DNA of 64,000 nucleotides, taken from contig CACMFN010000007.1 in the NCBI GenBank assembly GCA_902612965.1, positions 26,506-90,505 on the forward strand. Reading direction: 5' to 3'. The translations under genes and the position numbers were made by a program. Every line of letters starts with the position of its first letter. The first letter of the stretch is position 1. This DNA is from an uncultured SAR116 cluster alpha proteobacterium. GTDB taxonomy: Bacteria; Pseudomonadota; Alphaproteobacteria; Puniceispirillales; GCA-002684695. The notes under the pieces were generated by a model that saw nothing but the letters and a program-made list of their open reading frames with translations, had not been told where the DNA came from and made no database searches. Below, one piece after another: positions 62,157 to 64,000 of this stretch.

Positions 62157-62823
62157 TTCTTTGTACCCCATTAACAAACCAACTAGTAATAATCTCTATT
62201 CTATTAATGGCAGTGCCGACAACTACTGCGTGAGCACCTTTATTAATTGCCTTTTTTGCCTGATCAGGAGTATTTATGCGTCCCTCTGCGATTATTGGCG
62301 TTTTGATTTTACTATTATAAAGTTTAGAAATCATTCGATAATCTGGAAATTTTGGAACCTTTTTTGATACATAGCCTGATAGAGTAGACGCTACTATATC
62401 AGCTCCTAAAATAGAGGCATTTACTGCTTCATCATAATTTGAACAATCTGCCATAGCTAAGCAATTTTTTTTGTGTATAAGATCAATTAAAGTGGATATT
62501 TCAATTGGTCTACTTCTATTGGTCGCGTCGAAGGCAATGATATCTGAACCACTTTCTGCAAGACCAATTACATCTTCTTCTAACGGGGTTATTATTATGT
62601 TACTGCCTTTTAATTCTCTCTTTTTAATACCTATAATAGGCACTTTTAATCTTTTTTTTATATTGTATACATTTTTTTTATCATTAATCCTTAGACCTGC
62701 AGCACCACCATTCACAGCAGCTTCAGCAATATTTAATATTGAATTTTCATCATCTAGAGCACCACCAACAACAGGCTGGCAAGATACAATAAGCTTTGAT
62801 TTTAAATCTTTAATAATACCCAT
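62149..62823 (-). CDS. nanE: N-acetylmannosamine-6-phosphate 2-epimerase
   Basis: LIVSCQP, PIIGIKK, ITP, DAT.R.RP, TLSGY, AEGR and VVVGTAI motifs. Confidence 0.93.
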   Translation of the reverse strand: MGIIKDLKSKLIVSCQPVVGGALDDENSILNIAEAAVNGGAAGLRINDKKNVYNIKKRLKVPIIGIKKRELKGSNIIITPLEEDVIGLAESGSDIIAFDATNRSRPIEISTLIDLIHKKNCLAMADCSNYDEAVNASILGADIVASTLSGYVSKKVPKFPDYRMISKLYNSKIKTPIIAEGRINTPDQAKKAINKGAHAVVVGTAINRIEIITSWFVNGVQRSG

Positions 62824-62843
62824 AAGAAAAGTATTCTTAATAA

Positions 62844-63680
62844 TTATTTAACAGCACCTGAGGTAATGCTTCTTATTAACTGACGAGAAAAAATCATATA
62901 AAAAATAAGTATTGGTATTAGTGCTGTTGATAAAGATGCAAAAACTGCGTTCCAATTAGTTACATATTGTCCAATATATTGTTGCATCCCTAAAATTACA
63001 GTCTGTTTACCACCAGAAGGAGCTAAAACTAGAGGCCACCATAAGTCATTCCAAACAGGAACCATAGTAAATACTGCTACAGTTGCCAATGGCGGTCTCA
63101 TTAATGGAAGGATTATATAAAAAAACAACTGATACTCATTTACTCCATCACATCGCGCTGCTTCTTTTAACTCTTGATTAACTTGTTTCATGAACTCTGT
63201 TAATATCCATATTGCTAATGGCAAACTTTGGGCTGTATAGACAATTACTAGACCCGTGAGAGTATTAACAAGGTTCATTGAACTTAATAGTTGAAGAATA
63301 CTAACAGTTCCTAATTTGATAGGAAGCATTATACCAAATGCCAAATAAAGTCCGAGCATGGTATTTCCCTTGAATTTATATTCTGATAGAGCCCATGCAG
63401 CCATTGCGCCAAATAGCAGCACAAGAAATAATGTTGTTAAAGTAACAAAAGTAGAATTGAAAAAATATATTGAAAAATCCACTCTCGAAAACATTTTTGT
63501 AAACCCTACAAGACTGAAAGTTTCTTCCGTTGGTAAAGAAAGAGGTTCCTTAAAAATAGCTCTCCTTTTTTTAAATGAATTATTAACCAAAAGGTAAACA
63601 GGGAAAATACAAATCAGAGTATAAGATAATAATACAATATGCATTATTAGATGGTTGTATTTATCTTTGACATTATTCAT
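62844..63680 (-). CDS. Carbohydrate ABC transporter permease (MalG-like)
   Basis: YFFNS, EAARCDG EAA loop and WNDLWWPL motifs. Confidence 0.93.
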   Translation of the reverse strand: MNNVKDKYNHLIMHIVLLSYTLICIFPVYLLVNNSFKKRRAIFKEPLSLPTEETFSLVGFTKMFSRVDFSIYFFNSTFVTLTTLFLVLLFGAMAAWALSEYKFKGNTMLGLYLAFGIMLPIKLGTVSILQLLSSMNLVNTLTGLVIVYTAQSLPLAIWILTEFMKQVNQELKEAARCDGVNEYQLFFYIILPLMRPPLATVAVFTMVPVWNDLWWPLVLAPSGGKQTVILGMQQYIGQYVTNWNAVFASLSTALIPILIFYMIFSRQLIRSITSGAVK

Positions 63681-64000
63681 TAGTATTGATACCTTGTTAC
63701 GCGTTGTTGAAAGGCAAATAAATATATTAAAACACCTAAAAGTATTATTCCAAAAGTAGTTGAAGCAACTGTTGCTCCCATTGTAGGGTTGCCTAATTGC
63801 ATTTGAAAACCAAAAAATGTTCTATAGAAAAAGGTACCCATTAAATCTGTTGAGTACTCGGGTCCTGCGTATAAGCTTTTCATTGCAAAAATTAAATCAA
63901 AAGCATTGTAATTTCCAACGTAAGTTAAAATTACCATTAAGCCTACAGTTGGAAGTATCAAAGGAAATTTTACAAACCAGAAAGTAGTCATAGGCCCGGA
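63680..64000 (-). CDS. Carbohydrate ABC transporter permease (MalF-like), C-terminal part; 5' end outside the window
   Basis: Frame is open to the window edge; FWFVKFPLILP, FDLIFAM..GP.YSTD and MGATVAS motifs. Confidence 0.88.
   Translation of the reverse strand, partial: SGPMTTFWFVKFPLILPTVGLMVILTYVGNYNAFDLIFAMKSLYAGPEYSTDLMGTFFYRTFFGFQMQLGNPTMGATVASTTFGIILLGVLIYLFAFQQRVTRYQY

Overview
Very AT-rich (roughly 30% GC by eye, not computed), gene-dense chromosomal segment with short intergenic spacers. Gene content and order point to a streamlined marine alphaproteobacterium: ntrB-ntrC-ntrY-ntrX-trkA-hfq-hflX, recG/sdhE/mfd, fused ispDF, pdhA-pdhB(lipoyl)-pdhC-lpdA-lipA, tpiA-secG-pyrG-kdsA-eno-ftsB and an Rrf2-sufBCDS-sufT-sufA operon. 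A SAR116/MarineAlpha-like lineage is an inference only. Most of the window is core housekeeping. Three accessory patches are present: a dgcN-like gene at the left edge, a mixed block at about 14.6-21.8 kb, and a block at about 56.3-64 kb that ends in an amino-sugar (nanE/ROK/nagA/SIS plus ABC) cluster. I found one tRNA-Ala(UGC) and no rRNA, CRISPR array, integrase or transposase. The best candidates for something undescribed are: (1) a lipoprotein subtilase with no autotransporter barrel, paired with a small secreted protein ending in a beta-signal; (2) a stand-alone miniature MotA/PomA-like protein lacking the cytoplasmic torque domain and any MotB partner; (3) an unannotated 31-aa lipoprotein ORF between tRNA-Ala and rpmF; (4) an NtrC whose AAA+ domain has lost GAFTGA, the Walker B Glu, a putative Arg finger and the sensor II Arg; (5) an (R)-selective amine transaminase. 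A probable ATT start for ispDF and an Irr/ICE-like box before the suf operon are also noted. All product calls come from motif recognition by eye; no database searches were run.
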